64,000 nucleotides of DNA from an uncultured bacterium (GCA_964558395.1 CAZLDS010000004.1:20897-84896); one strand, 5' to 3'; shown: positions 25,895 to 36,169, numbered from the stretch's first letter. Notes: generated by a model from the letters alone, not told the origin. Made by a program: numbers and translations.

Positions 25895-26053
25895 CAATGC
25901 CAGTTGGGGTTACTATGAAGGGGGCACTTTTCCCGAACCCGCTCCCCCCGGGAAATCGCTTGCGCTTGCCCCCAGTCCGGGGTGGAGGCACCAATAATCG
26001 ATGAGTCCTAGGAGTTCAATCAGGCGTCAAGCCTCGCGCAACTGCCTGTAACC

Positions 26054-26857
26054 ATGCATAGTCCAATCTCAGCCTTTGCAAAAGGGGCCTCCGCGTATCA
26101 GGAGTACCTTGAAAGCCCGCATGGGCGGCTCCGATTGGAGATTATCTGGCATCAATTGTCGGCCTTCATGGCGAAGGCATGGGGACCTAACCGAGAGCCC
26201 GTTCGGGTTCTCGACATCGGCTGTGGGACCGGAGAAGTCGCTCTGCGCCTGGCTGCTCAGGGCCATGCGGTCACCCTCCTCGACTCGGTGGCGGCCATGC
26301 TGGATCTCGCCAAAGACAAGCTACGGGAGAAAGCACCGCCGCCCATTGCGCCATGCTTTCTCCACGGATCCCTCGAAGAGGCGTCCGATCTGCTCGAAAA
26401 GCAAACCTTCGATCTTCTCCTGTGCCACACGGTTGTGGAATACCTCCCAAATCCGGAGAGCGCCCTGGGTCCGTTTCGCTCCCTTCTCAACCGAGGGGGA
26501 TTCCTCTCCCTGGTCACCCTGAATGATTGGCAAGCGCCAATCCGCCTGGCCGTCCGGGATCGTAAATTCGACCAGGCAAGGGACGCCCTCGCGGCCGAAG
26601 AACCCACAGATTCCCTCTTCGGCATTCCTCGCAAGCGGATGGTCACCCACGAATTGTGCACGCAACTCGAGGCGGTCGGGATCGAGGTGCTCAGTCATGA
26701 GGGCATCGTGGTCTTCGCAGATTATCTCCCATCCACGGTGCTCAAGGACACTTCTCACTTCGAATCCCTGCTCCGCCTCGAAGTAGAAGCCGCCACTCGT
26801 TCTCCCTTCAAAGAGGTAGCTCGGTACTTCCATCTCTGGGGCAGGCGGACCGGATAA
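26054..26857 (+). CDS. Class I SAM-dependent methyltransferase, SmtA/CmoM-like
   Basis: SAM motif I VLDIGCGTGEVALRLA. The overall layout resembles E. coli SmtA/CmoM (LLCHTVVEYLPNPESAL ... RGGFLSLVTLN ... ARYFHLWGRR). Confidence 0.8.
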   Translation: MHSPISAFAKGASAYQEYLESPHGRLRLEIIWHQLSAFMAKAWGPNREPVRVLDIGCGTGEVALRLAAQGHAVTLLDSVAAMLDLAKDKLREKAPPPIAPCFLHGSLEEASDLLEKQTFDLLLCHTVVEYLPNPESALGPFRSLLNRGGFLSLVTLNDWQAPIRLAVRDRKFDQARDALAAEEPTDSLFGIPRKRMVTHELCTQLEAVGIEVLSHEGIVVFADYLPSTVLKDTSHFESLLRLEVEAATRSPFKEVARYFHLWGRRTG

Positions 26858-26872
26858 TCAGTTGGACTGCGG

Positions 26873-27550
26873 ATGGGAATCACGGTTATTATTCCGGCAC
26901 TCAATGAAGAAGAGGCAATCGGCACGGTCGTGACCGAAGTCCCCCGCGACCTCGCGAGTGAGATTATCGTTGTAGATAACGGCAGCACGGATCGGACGGC
27001 GGACATGGCCAGCGCGGCCGGCGCGAAGGTGATTCGCGAGCCGATGCGAGGGTACGGGGCGGCCTGTCTCGCAGGAGCGATGGCGGCTCACAATGATATC
27101 CTCGTCTTCTTGGACGGTGATCGGAGCGACGATCCGCAAGAAATGCCGGTTGTTCTTGCTCCCCTTCTGGACGGACAAGCTGATCTGGTCATCGGATCGC
27201 GTACGGCGGGCTTCACCGAGAAAGGAGCGCTGACGTCGCAACAGCGGTTCGGGAACCAACTCGTCACCTGCGTCGTTCGACTCCTGTACGGCATTACCCT
27301 GACTGACATCGGTCCCTTTCGAGCCATCCGGGCGTCAGTCCTGCGAGATCTCGGCATGGAGCACAAGACCTATGGATGGCCTGTGGAGATGGTCGTTAAG
27401 GCAGCCAAGAAAGGCTACCGCGTTATGAATGTTCCGGTCAGCTGTCGGAAGAGAATCGGCGTCTCAAAGGTGGCGGGGACGATGAAAGGCAGCATCCTGG
27501 CGGGCTATCATCTACTGTCGACCACTGTGCGATATGCCTGGAGGAGATAG
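26873..27550 (+). CDS. Family 2 glycosyltransferase (dolichyl/polyprenyl-phosphate sugar synthase-like)
   Basis: ITVIIPALNEEEAI ... VVDNGSTDRT ... VFLDGDRSDDP (DxD motif). Confidence 0.85.
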   Translation: MGITVIIPALNEEEAIGTVVTEVPRDLASEIIVVDNGSTDRTADMASAAGAKVIREPMRGYGAACLAGAMAAHNDILVFLDGDRSDDPQEMPVVLAPLLDGQADLVIGSRTAGFTEKGALTSQQRFGNQLVTCVVRLLYGITLTDIGPFRAIRASVLRDLGMEHKTYGWPVEMVVKAAKKGYRVMNVPVSCRKRIGVSKVAGTMKGSILAGYHLLSTTVRYAWRR

Positions 27551-27554
27551 CGCG

Positions 27555-28547
27555 ATGGCATACTCCGTTGGCATCGGTCTCACGAACGAATGCAATTTAC
27601 GATGTCCCCATTGCTACCGCCCCGATATGGTGATCGAGCGTCTCACGTTCCGGGAGGTGCAGGAGGTCTGCGAGAGCATTCCGATCCGATCGATGAACCT
27701 CGGCGTGGGAGAGAATGGACTCCACCCGGAATATCAAGCCATCCTCGATTATGTCTGGACGCAGGGCATCAAGACGACCATCACCTCGAACGGACTCAGT
27801 ATTCAGGCACTCTCGGACAAGCACGTTAAGCGCTTTCATAGCGTGGAGTTTTCCCTGGACTTCCCCACCGAGCGGGAGCACGACGCCTTTCGGGGGACAG
27901 GGAACTGGCGCGGCGTCATGGAGGCGATCGCGCGGTGTGCCGACATCGGCCTCTCGGTCACGGTGACTTCGGTCATGATGAGCATCAATTACGAGAAACT
28001 GGGCGATCTCGCCAAGGTGGCCGCCTCGGTCGGGGCCAACCTCCGAGTGAACATCTATCAACCCGCAAAGACGGATCAGTTTACGCTGAGGTACGAGCAA
28101 TTCTGGGAAGGATTCAGGCGCCTCTTGGGCGACACACGCCTGGTCGCCACCACCGAGCCTGTCTTAGCCGGAGTCCTGGGACTGGACGGGTTCGACGGTC
28201 CGGCGTGTGGCCGTTCCACGGTTCGGGTGGCCCCCGACGGTCGAATCCTTCCCTGCACGTACTGGCCGAAGAGTCGTCTGACCCTTGCCGACCTGAAAGC
28301 CCTCGGCGAAGACATCGTGCAGGCACCGGAGTTCCTCGAGGCCCGGCAGGTTCCCCCAGCGTGCGCGGGGTGTCCGTGTCGGGGTGGCTGCGCGGGCAGG
28401 CGCGCCGTGCTCGGTAACCTCCATGGATCTGATCCCTACTGCCCCTTTGTGAGGGGTGATCGACTCATGATCGAATGGGAGCAGGCAACAGGGCAGGATC
28501 TCCCCAAGGTGGGAAGCGCCTGCACCACGGTCGTGTCAGCACTGTAG
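27555..28547 (+). CDS. Radical SAM enzyme with a C-terminal SPASM/twitch-type Cys cluster
   Basis: CNLRCPHCY is the CxxxCxxC motif. C-terminal ACGRSTVRVAPDGRILPC ... CAGCPCRGGCAGRR. ATG 27555 is preceded by GGAGGAGA. Confidence 0.85.
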   Translation: MAYSVGIGLTNECNLRCPHCYRPDMVIERLTFREVQEVCESIPIRSMNLGVGENGLHPEYQAILDYVWTQGIKTTITSNGLSIQALSDKHVKRFHSVEFSLDFPTEREHDAFRGTGNWRGVMEAIARCADIGLSVTVTSVMMSINYEKLGDLAKVAASVGANLRVNIYQPAKTDQFTLRYEQFWEGFRRLLGDTRLVATTEPVLAGVLGLDGFDGPACGRSTVRVAPDGRILPCTYWPKSRLTLADLKALGEDIVQAPEFLEARQVPPACAGCPCRGGCAGRRAVLGNLHGSDPYCPFVRGDRLMIEWEQATGQDLPKVGSACTTVVSAL

Positions 28548-28577
28548 AGGCGTTTCGCGAGCGATGAGGACTGAGCG

Positions 28578-29597
28578 ATGAGCGATGAGATGAACCACTC
28601 GAAGCGTCTTCCGGTCGCGGCCGAATTACCCCGCACCCTCTATCTGGAGACGACCAATCGCTGTAACTCGAAATGCCAGACGTGCGTCCGGACTTTTCTC
28701 ACCCTTGAGCCGCCCAAGGACCTCACCCTGGCCGAGCTGAAGAGCATCGTGGACCAATTCCCAGTCTTGGAACGGGTCGTTCTCCACGGGGTTGGCGAGC
28801 CGCTGTTGAATCGAGAGCTTTTCGAAATGATCGCATACGTGAAGGCCCGGGGCGCAACGGTCCTGTTCAACTCCGATGCCATCAGCCTCACCCCAAAGCG
28901 CGCCCAACAGCTCATCGACAGCCGCCTGGATGAATTGCGCGTCTCCATGGACGGGGCGACCCGCGAAACGTATGACAAAATTCGCGGCGTTGACCAGTTC
29001 GACCGGGTCGTGGGAAATGTCAGTCATCTGCTCGACCTGCAGCGGAAGCTCAAGAGAGAGACCCCCCGCGTCTCCCTCTGGTTTACCGCCATGAAGGCCA
29101 ATCTCCATGAGCTCCCGGCATTCGTGCGACTGGCCGCCAGGATTGGAGTCCCGGAGGTCTACGTCCAGCGCCTCGTATATAACGGCCACGGGATCGCTGT
29201 GGCCGACCAGTCGCTTCACCGGGCGATGCACGAGCGGGAGCAAAAGTTGATCGCAGAGGCAGATGAGTTAGCGCGGACTTTCCAAATCGCCTTCAAGGCC
29301 TCAGGCTTGACCACGCCCATGGAAAGTCTCCAAGGAACGGAACTCGGTAAACGGCCCTGGTCCGGCTGCCACCGTCCCTGGACGCTGAGCTACGTAACGG
29401 CAAACGGCAACGTGCTCCCCTGCTGCCTCGCCCCTTGGACGGCGAAAAACTACCGGGGGGCCCTCTTGGGCAATGCCTTCACGGACGATTTTTCGCGCAT
29501 CTGGAACGGGGAACAATACCGGCAGTTCAGAGAGACGTTCGAGAGCGACGTCCCTCCAGATCCCTGCCACGGGTGCGGACTGCTCTGGAGTTATTAA
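28578..29597 (+). CDS. Radical SAM / SPASM domain protein
   Basis: TNRCNSKCQTCV is the CxxxCxxC motif. C-terminal CHRPWTLSYVTANGNVLPCC ... IWNGEQYRQFR ... DPCHGC. Confidence 0.85.
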   Translation: MSDEMNHSKRLPVAAELPRTLYLETTNRCNSKCQTCVRTFLTLEPPKDLTLAELKSIVDQFPVLERVVLHGVGEPLLNRELFEMIAYVKARGATVLFNSDAISLTPKRAQQLIDSRLDELRVSMDGATRETYDKIRGVDQFDRVVGNVSHLLDLQRKLKRETPRVSLWFTAMKANLHELPAFVRLAARIGVPEVYVQRLVYNGHGIAVADQSLHRAMHEREQKLIAEADELARTFQIAFKASGLTTPMESLQGTELGKRPWSGCHRPWTLSYVTANGNVLPCCLAPWTAKNYRGALLGNAFTDDFSRIWNGEQYRQFRETFESDVPPDPCHGCGLLWSY

Positions 29598-29614
29598 GGC
29601 CCAAGGAGGCAAGG

Positions 29615-30148
29615 ATGAACCTTGGACAAGAAGGTTCCACGCATATCAGTCCCTCGGTGTCCCTGGGACTGTTTCGCATGGGATTCGGCATCCTCTACCT
29701 GCACGCGGCCTGGCAAAAAGCTCCCTGGGTGATCAACGATGGGCAGCGGTTCGGGTGGCTCTACGGCTGGATCTGGCAAGAGATCAACCACCCAACCTTC
29801 GGCTGGTATAAGGCCTTCCTGCAGAAGGTCGTCCTCCCGAACTTCACCTTCTTCGGTTACATGAGCTTTCTAACGGAGGTCGCACTCGGGCTCTCGTTCC
29901 TCTTTGGGCTCTTTACGGTGCTCGGGGGTATCGGCGGGGCGTTATGGCAGCTGAACATCGCCCTGGGCAGCTACTCGGTACCCGGCGAATGGGGCTGGAT
30001 CTGGTTTCTCCTCATCGTCCCCCATTTGGTCTTTGCCCAGAGCCGGGCGGGACGCACTCTGGGAATAGACTGGCTGCTCTGGAACCAGCTGTCTCGAGTT
30101 CAGCGCCGACGCTCAGCACTCGGAAAGCTACTCCTTCGGCTTGTCTAA
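29615..30148 (+). CDS. DoxX-like small polytopic membrane protein
   Basis: 177 aa with 4 TM segments. ATG 29615 is preceded by AAGGAGG. The family call is from overall layout only. Confidence 0.55.
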   Translation: MNLGQEGSTHISPSVSLGLFRMGFGILYLHAAWQKAPWVINDGQRFGWLYGWIWQEINHPTFGWYKAFLQKVVLPNFTFFGYMSFLTEVALGLSFLFGLFTVLGGIGGALWQLNIALGSYSVPGEWGWIWFLLIVPHLVFAQSRAGRTLGIDWLLWNQLSRVQRRRSALGKLLLRLV

Positions 30149-30158
30149 GGAGGTACTC

Positions 30159-31529
30159 ATGGCCTGGAGGAGCCCCTCCTTTCTTCTGCTGGTCGGTGGG
30201 GGGATCGCATCGGCGTTTTTATACCTCCTGAATTTTGACATCATTCCTTTGGTCCAACATCTTGGGCTCATCGGTCCCCACCAAGATGCACTTGCCGTAT
30301 ATCCTATCCTGTTTTTTCTGCTCTTTGCCCTGTACCTGCTTGCTGTCGCCGTCATCTTCCGAAAGCGCTCCGAGCCTCACTCTGTGGGTGTGATCCTCGG
30401 ATTCGCTTTACTCTTTCGGGTCGCCCTCCTTGTTTCCCCTCCGGCCCTCTCGAGCGATGTGTACCGGTACGTCTGGGACGGTCGGGTTCAGACGGCCGGG
30501 ATCAGCCCGTACCTGTATGCCCCGTCGGCCCAAGAGCTGGCCCCGCTTCGAGACGAGGAAATCTTTCCGCACATCAATCGGCGGGATGTCCCCACCATTT
30601 ATCCGCCCGGCGCGCAGATGCTCTTGGCCTCCAGCGCTGTTTTCTTCCCAGACAGTGTCACGGGTCTGAAACTCATCATGATCTTGTTCGACATCGGGAC
30701 CATCTTCCTGATCCTTCGTGTCTTGAAAAAGACCGGAATCCGGACGGATCGGGTCGTGCTCTACGCGTGGTCTCCCCTCGTGATCTTTGAGGTAGCCGGA
30801 AGCGGCCATCTCGAGGCCGTGATGCTCCCGTTCGTCCTTCTCGCCCTCCTGGCCAGGATGGACGAAAGGCCGCTCCTCGCCGGCACGGCGCTTGGAGTCG
30901 CCACGTTGATCAAACTGTACCCGGCAGTCCTCTTTCCGGCCCTCTACAAGCGGCGAGAGAGGATGTTTCCCCTGGCCTTTGGCGCGACAATCCTGCTTGG
31001 ATACCTCCCATACCTCTATGGTGCCGGGGATCGCGTACTGGGATTCTTGCCAGCCTACTTCGGCCCCTGGGAGGACTTTAACGTCGGGCTCCGCTATTTT
31101 GTCACTTCCGCGTTGGCGACCCTCACCCCCTCGCCTCGCCCCATCGCCATGCTCCTCGTCACGGCCCTTCTTAGCGCGGTAGCCGTGTATATTCTCCGTC
31201 AAAGACAAGATGAAGCGTTCCTGTGGCACGGATACCTGATGGTGAGTGCCTATTTACTTTTTCTGCCGACGAGTTTTCATCCGTGGTACCTCATTTGGAT
31301 TCTCCCTTTTCTCTGTCTCTATCCCTCGTGGGGATGGCTCTATCTCAGCGGGGCCATTGGACTCTCCTACCTGAAATATGTCCAGGGGGGGCCCATTGTC
31401 CCCCTCGGCATTCGACTTGTGGAGTTCGTCCCCCTGTACGTGTTGCTCAGCATCGAGGCCGTCCGCCATCGTCGCCTGCATCTCGGTCCACGTGAAACCA
31501 TGACGCTCATGATGGAGAAACCGCAATGA
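30159..31529 (+). CDS. Polytopic GT-C-type glycosyltransferase (DUF2029 / GT87 / PIG-V-like mannosyltransferase family)
   Basis: About 456 aa with 10 or more TM segments. The first-loop motif LSSDVYRYVWDGRVQTAGISPYLYAP is typical of polyprenyl-phosphate-sugar-dependent GT-C enzymes. AAGGAGG RBS upstream. Confidence 0.7.
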   Translation: MAWRSPSFLLLVGGGIASAFLYLLNFDIIPLVQHLGLIGPHQDALAVYPILFFLLFALYLLAVAVIFRKRSEPHSVGVILGFALLFRVALLVSPPALSSDVYRYVWDGRVQTAGISPYLYAPSAQELAPLRDEEIFPHINRRDVPTIYPPGAQMLLASSAVFFPDSVTGLKLIMILFDIGTIFLILRVLKKTGIRTDRVVLYAWSPLVIFEVAGSGHLEAVMLPFVLLALLARMDERPLLAGTALGVATLIKLYPAVLFPALYKRRERMFPLAFGATILLGYLPYLYGAGDRVLGFLPAYFGPWEDFNVGLRYFVTSALATLTPSPRPIAMLLVTALLSAVAVYILRQRQDEAFLWHGYLMVSAYLLFLPTSFHPWYLIWILPFLCLYPSWGWLYLSGAIGLSYLKYVQGGPIVPLGIRLVEFVPLYVLLSIEAVRHRRLHLGPRETMTLMMEKPQ

Positions 31530-33151
31530 TATCCTCCAACATTCCAGAAGCACTGCTCCTCCTCCTTTACTTCGGCGCGCTCTTCCTGCTGTTTCTCTAC
31601 GGGATCAATTGTTACATCATGATCTTCCTTCACCGCCGGGCGAAAGAGCGCAACCATCAGCACGACGAAGCGGTCTGGACGGCGTGGCAGACCACGAAGC
31701 GAGACCTTCCCCACGTCACTGTGCAACTGCCGATTTACAACGAGCGATACGTGATCCAGCGACTGATCGAGTCGGTCGTGCGCTTGGACTACCCAAAGGA
31801 CCGGCTCGAGATTCAAGTCTTGGACGACTCCACAGACGAAACAACAGCCATCGCCGCCCCCCTCATTGACCGCTACCATCGGGCCGGTTTCGACATCACC
31901 CTTCTTCATCGCGTGACAAGGACCGGATATAAGGCCGGGGCCTTAAAGGAGGGGCTGGAAGTCGCCCGGGGGGAGTTCGTCGCCATCTTTGACGCCGACT
32001 TTATGCCCAAACCGGACTTTCTTATGAAGACCATTCCCTTCTTCCACGATCCCGCCATCGCCATGGTCCAGGCCCGTTGGGGGCACATCAACCGGGATTA
32101 TTCCCTCCTGACGCTCGCCCAGAGCTTCGGGATCGACGGCCACTTTTGGGTGGAGCAGGCAGCCCGATGTTGGTCCGGGCTCTTCATGAACTTCAATGGG
32201 ACGGCCGGGATCTGGCGGAGGAAGGCGATCGACGATGCCGGGGGGTGGCAGGCGGACACCCTGACGGAGGATTTGGATCTGAGCTATCGGGCGCAACTGA
32301 AAGGGTGGCGGATGAAATTCTTGCCGCAGGTCGTCTGCCCAGCCGAGGTCCCGGTCCAGATCGCCGCCGCAAAGAGCCAGCAGCACCGCTGGGCGAAGGG
32401 ATCGATTCAAACCGCCATGAAACTCGTTCCCGAGATTCTGAGGGCCGAGGTCCCGCTTTTCACCAAGTATCAAGCGGTCTTTCACCTGACCAACTACATG
32501 GTGCATCCCCTCATGTTGGTCGTTGCCCTGAGCTCGCCTCTCCTCCTCTGGTTCGACGGATTCTTCGCGCTTCGGGAGCATCTCTTTGCGGCAGCGGCGG
32601 TCTTTTCGATCGCGGCGTTCGGACCCTCGAGCATGTATCTTTACGCCCAACAACATCTCTATCCGGACTGGAAACGGCGCTTGAAATACTTCCCGTCCCT
32701 GCTCGTCTTCGGGACGGGGATCGCCCTCAACAATACCGAGGCCATTCTGGAGGCTTTCTTCAAGGTGGACGGGGCCTTTGTTCGGACGCCGAAATTCCGG
32801 ATCGAAAAAAGGTCGGACACGTGGGTGGAAAAGCGATATCGCCCCCCGATCCCATGGCTCAGTCTGTTCGAGGCCGTCCTCGCCCTCTACTGTCTGTATG
32901 GGGTCTCCCTTTTCATTCAACGGGGCAAGTACCTCATCGATCCCTTTCTCATCCTCTACTCCGTCGGATTCGCCACCGTCGCCACGATGAGCTTGTGGGA
33001 GACCCTGTGGGGCTCGGTGATCCATCCCAAGCCAGAAAGGAAACCCAAAGAAGGTGATGACGCTTTGGAGGCCCAGGTGTTGAGACTGGTGGAAGAGCGC
33101 GAGGGGGTCACGGCGGCGGCCGTTCCCTTGGAAAGGAGGCCGGTGGCATGA
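31526..33151 (+). CDS. Membrane-embedded processive family 2 glycosyltransferase (cellulose synthase / CslA-like)
   Basis: DDSTDET, FDADF, TEDLDLSYR and the QxxRW motif (QQHRWAKG), flanked by TM segments. ATGA overlap with the upstream gene. Confidence 0.85.
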   Translation: MISSNIPEALLLLLYFGALFLLFLYGINCYIMIFLHRRAKERNHQHDEAVWTAWQTTKRDLPHVTVQLPIYNERYVIQRLIESVVRLDYPKDRLEIQVLDDSTDETTAIAAPLIDRYHRAGFDITLLHRVTRTGYKAGALKEGLEVARGEFVAIFDADFMPKPDFLMKTIPFFHDPAIAMVQARWGHINRDYSLLTLAQSFGIDGHFWVEQAARCWSGLFMNFNGTAGIWRRKAIDDAGGWQADTLTEDLDLSYRAQLKGWRMKFLPQVVCPAEVPVQIAAAKSQQHRWAKGSIQTAMKLVPEILRAEVPLFTKYQAVFHLTNYMVHPLMLVVALSSPLLLWFDGFFALREHLFAAAAVFSIAAFGPSSMYLYAQQHLYPDWKRRLKYFPSLLVFGTGIALNNTEAILEAFFKVDGAFVRTPKFRIEKRSDTWVEKRYRPPIPWLSLFEAVLALYCLYGVSLFIQRGKYLIDPFLILYSVGFATVATMSLWETLWGSVIHPKPERKPKEGDDALEAQVLRLVEEREGVTAAAVPLERRPVA

Positions 33152-34800
33152 AGCAAACCCCATGCCGGGGCATGAGGAGAAGGACCCTTTGGCCGCTGGG
33201 TCTCTTTATGCTCGGTATCCTTATCCTTTCGGGCCCGGGTTTTCGCCACGGCGCGGTCGCGGCTCAACGAACGCGTTCCATCTTGGCCGAGTCGCCGTGG
33301 CCAAAGTACCGTGGTGATCCAAGGAATACCGGCCGAAGTCGCCACACTGGACCCGCGTCGGACACATTGAAGTGGACCTTTTCAACGGGGCGCCGGGATA
33401 AGGAGGGAGGCATCGAGACCGATCCTGTGATCGGTCCCGACGGCACTGTCTACTTCGGAGCGAACAACGGAATCCTGTATGCCCTCGATCCCGAAAACGG
33501 AGATATCCGCTGGGCCTTTCCAACACAATTCGATACCTTTGCGATTTATTCGAGTCCATTCGTGGACGAAGATGGAATTGTCTATTTCGGGGCGAAGGAC
33601 GGAACGGTGTATGCCCTGAGGGCTCCGCGCACGGGGATCATGGGAGAGGTCGTCTGGTCATTCGACGTCGGCACCACGATCCAGACCTCGCCGACGTTCA
33701 CTCCGGATGGAACACTCGTCATCGGTGCCGACGACTGGGCCTACTATGGGATCACGCCACCCCGAGACAACACGGGGCCAAAACTGAAGTGGCGCTTTCA
33801 AACCCAGGGGACCCTCATCACGTCTCCGGCGGTGGACTCCGACGGGACGGTGTTCGTCGCCTCGATGGATGGGAACGTCTATGCCCTTGAGCCGGCCAAG
33901 GAGGCGGGACAGCCCGTCAAAGTCCGCTGGACCTTTCCCTCGGGGGACCGGGATGCCAAGGGGGGATTCGAGAACGCCCCGGCGATCGATGATACGGGCA
34001 CCCTGTACATCGGAGGCAACAACGGGCTCCTGTATGCCCTCGACGTGAAGACGGGACGTGTGAAGTGGACCTTCGACGGCGTGGCCCAGTCCGGCTACCG
34101 AACCTTTGCAATTTTCTCATCGGCTGCCGTCGGGCCAGAGGAGACCATCTACTTTGGAGGAAAGAATGGCGTGCTCTACGCCCTGCGGGAAAGCCGAGGA
34201 CTTTTCTCGACCGGCGCCCAGGTCCTGTGGCGCTATAATGTGGGGCCGGGCATCCAGTCGTCGCCCCTGCTGGCGGCGGACGGAACGATCTACCTCGGCG
34301 ATGAGAAAGGAACCCTCCACGCTACTCGGCCTCCCCCGTCCGGAGAGTGGGCGACTTCTCTGTGGAAGTTCGCCACCAAAGGGATCGTGATCTCCTCAGC
34401 CGCCCTCGGGGCTGACGGAACCCTGTACACGGCATCGATGGACGGCAAGGCGTATGCCTTTCACGACGGCAAGAAGGTGCAATCATCCCAGGGTCCGCTT
34501 TCGGGGACGTGGTACGGCACTTACCAGGATGTTGGCGGCACCGGCAAAATCACCGTCGTCCTCGTGCAGCGAGGGACAGAGCTTCAAGGGATTTGGAGAA
34601 TTCAGGGTGGCGTCCGAGGCTCCCTCACGGGAAAGATCGAGGGAGATCAAGGCACCTACACTTTGCAGCCGCTGTCCAAGACATGTCTTGGGGACGGGGA
34701 GGGAACGATCACAATCGCTGGGACGACGCTCACCGGGCAGTATCGTGGCCAGGACTGTCGCGGGAAGATCGAGGGCGGCACACTTGAAGTGCACCGCTGA
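33148..34800 (+). CDS. Secreted PQQ-like / BamB-like beta-propeller repeat protein with an extra C-terminal beta domain
   Basis: Signal peptide, then at least 7 repeats of the DGT(V/I)Y.G..DG.(L/V)YAL type. ATGA overlap with the upstream GT2 gene. Confidence 0.8.
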   Translation: MKQTPCRGMRRRTLWPLGLFMLGILILSGPGFRHGAVAAQRTRSILAESPWPKYRGDPRNTGRSRHTGPASDTLKWTFSTGRRDKEGGIETDPVIGPDGTVYFGANNGILYALDPENGDIRWAFPTQFDTFAIYSSPFVDEDGIVYFGAKDGTVYALRAPRTGIMGEVVWSFDVGTTIQTSPTFTPDGTLVIGADDWAYYGITPPRDNTGPKLKWRFQTQGTLITSPAVDSDGTVFVASMDGNVYALEPAKEAGQPVKVRWTFPSGDRDAKGGFENAPAIDDTGTLYIGGNNGLLYALDVKTGRVKWTFDGVAQSGYRTFAIFSSAAVGPEETIYFGGKNGVLYALRESRGLFSTGAQVLWRYNVGPGIQSSPLLAADGTIYLGDEKGTLHATRPPPSGEWATSLWKFATKGIVISSAALGADGTLYTASMDGKAYAFHDGKKVQSSQGPLSGTWYGTYQDVGGTGKITVVLVQRGTELQGIWRIQGGVRGSLTGKIEGDQGTYTLQPLSKTCLGDGEGTITIAGTTLTGQYRGQDCRGKIEGGTLEVHR

Positions 34801-34824
34801 AGCGTTGGGAAAGAGGACTCAATA

Positions 34825-36159
34825 ATGATGGAAGTATCGCAAGCGGCCCCGCTTCCGATCGGTGGCCGCGTGTTGGCCCGCCCCTCGACCTCGCTGGCCC
34901 CGCGCATTCTGATCCTCGGTGGGGGCTTTGCAGGTGTGACCACCGCCCTGGAGTTGGGCAAGCGGTGTGCCGGGGTCTTACCCGTTCGCATTACCCTCAT
35001 TAGCGACCAGAATTCCTTTCTCTTCACGCCGATGCTGGCCGAGGCCGCTACGGGAGCCGTCGAGACCCGACACGTCATCTATCCTATCCGCTCACTGTGT
35101 GGTGAATGGGGTGTCGAGTTCGGAGAGATGATCGTCGAGGCCATCGACCTCGACCGGCGCCGTGTGATCGCCCGCCATCGCAGATCCCAGGTTCGCCAGC
35201 GCGTGCACTACGACAAGCTCGTCGTCGCCCTGGGTGCCACGCCGCTCGCGACCATCGCTCCCGGGGCGGCTGAATACGCCCTCCCGTTCAAAGAGGTGGC
35301 GGACGCCTTCCGCATTCGCAACCACGTGATCCACCTCTTCGAAACGGCGGCCTTGACCGATGATCGCTGGACGCAACGCCGCTTACTGACGTTCGTCGTG
35401 GTGGGGGCGGGTCACGCGGGGACAGAGCTGATGGCTGCTCTAGAGGAGCTCACGCGGGGCATTCTCCTGAAGCACTATCCGTCCATATATCAGGACAGCG
35501 TGCGCCTCGTCCTGGTCGGGAGCACCATCCTGCCGCAGACAGCGACCAACCTCGCCGCCTACGCGAAGGAACAGTTGCTCGCCCGAGGGATCGAGCACGA
35601 GACGACCCGTGCCGCCGCGGTGACACCGGAAGGACTGGAGCTCAAGGATGGGCGGACCATCCCGAGCCAATGTGTTATCTGGACCGCCGGGACGCAGGTG
35701 AGCCCGGTGGTGGCCGCCCTCTCCGTTCCGAAGGCACGGGACGACCGCCTGAGGGTCAACGAATTCTTCGAGGTGGAGGGGGTGCGTGACGTATACGCGC
35801 TCGGGGATAATGCCGCCCAGATCGATCCGCATACACAAGCCCCTTATGTGGCAACAGCCCAGGTAGCCATTCGCCAGGCCCGAGCCCTCGCCGCGGTGAT
35901 TGAGGCGGACCTCACAGGCCGCGAGAAGAAACCGTTCCGGTTCCAAGTCCTGGGAGAACTGGTTCCCCTGAGCCGGAGCACCGCCGTCGCGGACCTCAAG
36001 GGGATCAAGCTGACCGGGTTTTTGGCCTGGTTCGTGTGGAGGACGATCTATATGCTGAAGCTACCAACCCTGGCCGCGCGGTTACGGGTGGTCCTGGACT
36101 GGAGCGTCGAGCTGTTCTTCGAACGGGATGTGTCCGAGCTCAAGGTAGAGAAGGAGTAG
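34825..36159 (+). CDS. Type II NADH:quinone oxidoreductase (NDH-2)-like FAD-dependent oxidoreductase
   Basis: ILILGGGFAGVTTA, FVVVGAGHAGTEL and ALGDNA motifs. The C-terminus is amphipathic/membrane-associated. Confidence 0.8.
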   Translation: MMEVSQAAPLPIGGRVLARPSTSLAPRILILGGGFAGVTTALELGKRCAGVLPVRITLISDQNSFLFTPMLAEAATGAVETRHVIYPIRSLCGEWGVEFGEMIVEAIDLDRRRVIARHRRSQVRQRVHYDKLVVALGATPLATIAPGAAEYALPFKEVADAFRIRNHVIHLFETAALTDDRWTQRRLLTFVVVGAGHAGTELMAALEELTRGILLKHYPSIYQDSVRLVLVGSTILPQTATNLAAYAKEQLLARGIEHETTRAAAVTPEGLELKDGRTIPSQCVIWTAGTQVSPVVAALSVPKARDDRLRVNEFFEVEGVRDVYALGDNAAQIDPHTQAPYVATAQVAIRQARALAAVIEADLTGREKKPFRFQVLGELVPLSRSTAVADLKGIKLTGFLAWFVWRTIYMLKLPTLAARLRVVLDWSVELFFERDVSELKVEKE

Positions 36160-36169
36160 AGGAGCCGAC

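Noticed and set aside
25915-26004. 29-codon ORF (MKGALFPNPLPPGNRLRLPPVRGGGTNNR) upstream of the methyltransferase / radical SAM genes, considered as a RiPP precursor.
   Set aside because: It has no convincing RBS, no Cys/Ser/Thr-rich core, and a Pro/Arg/Gly composition typical of random high-GC frames.
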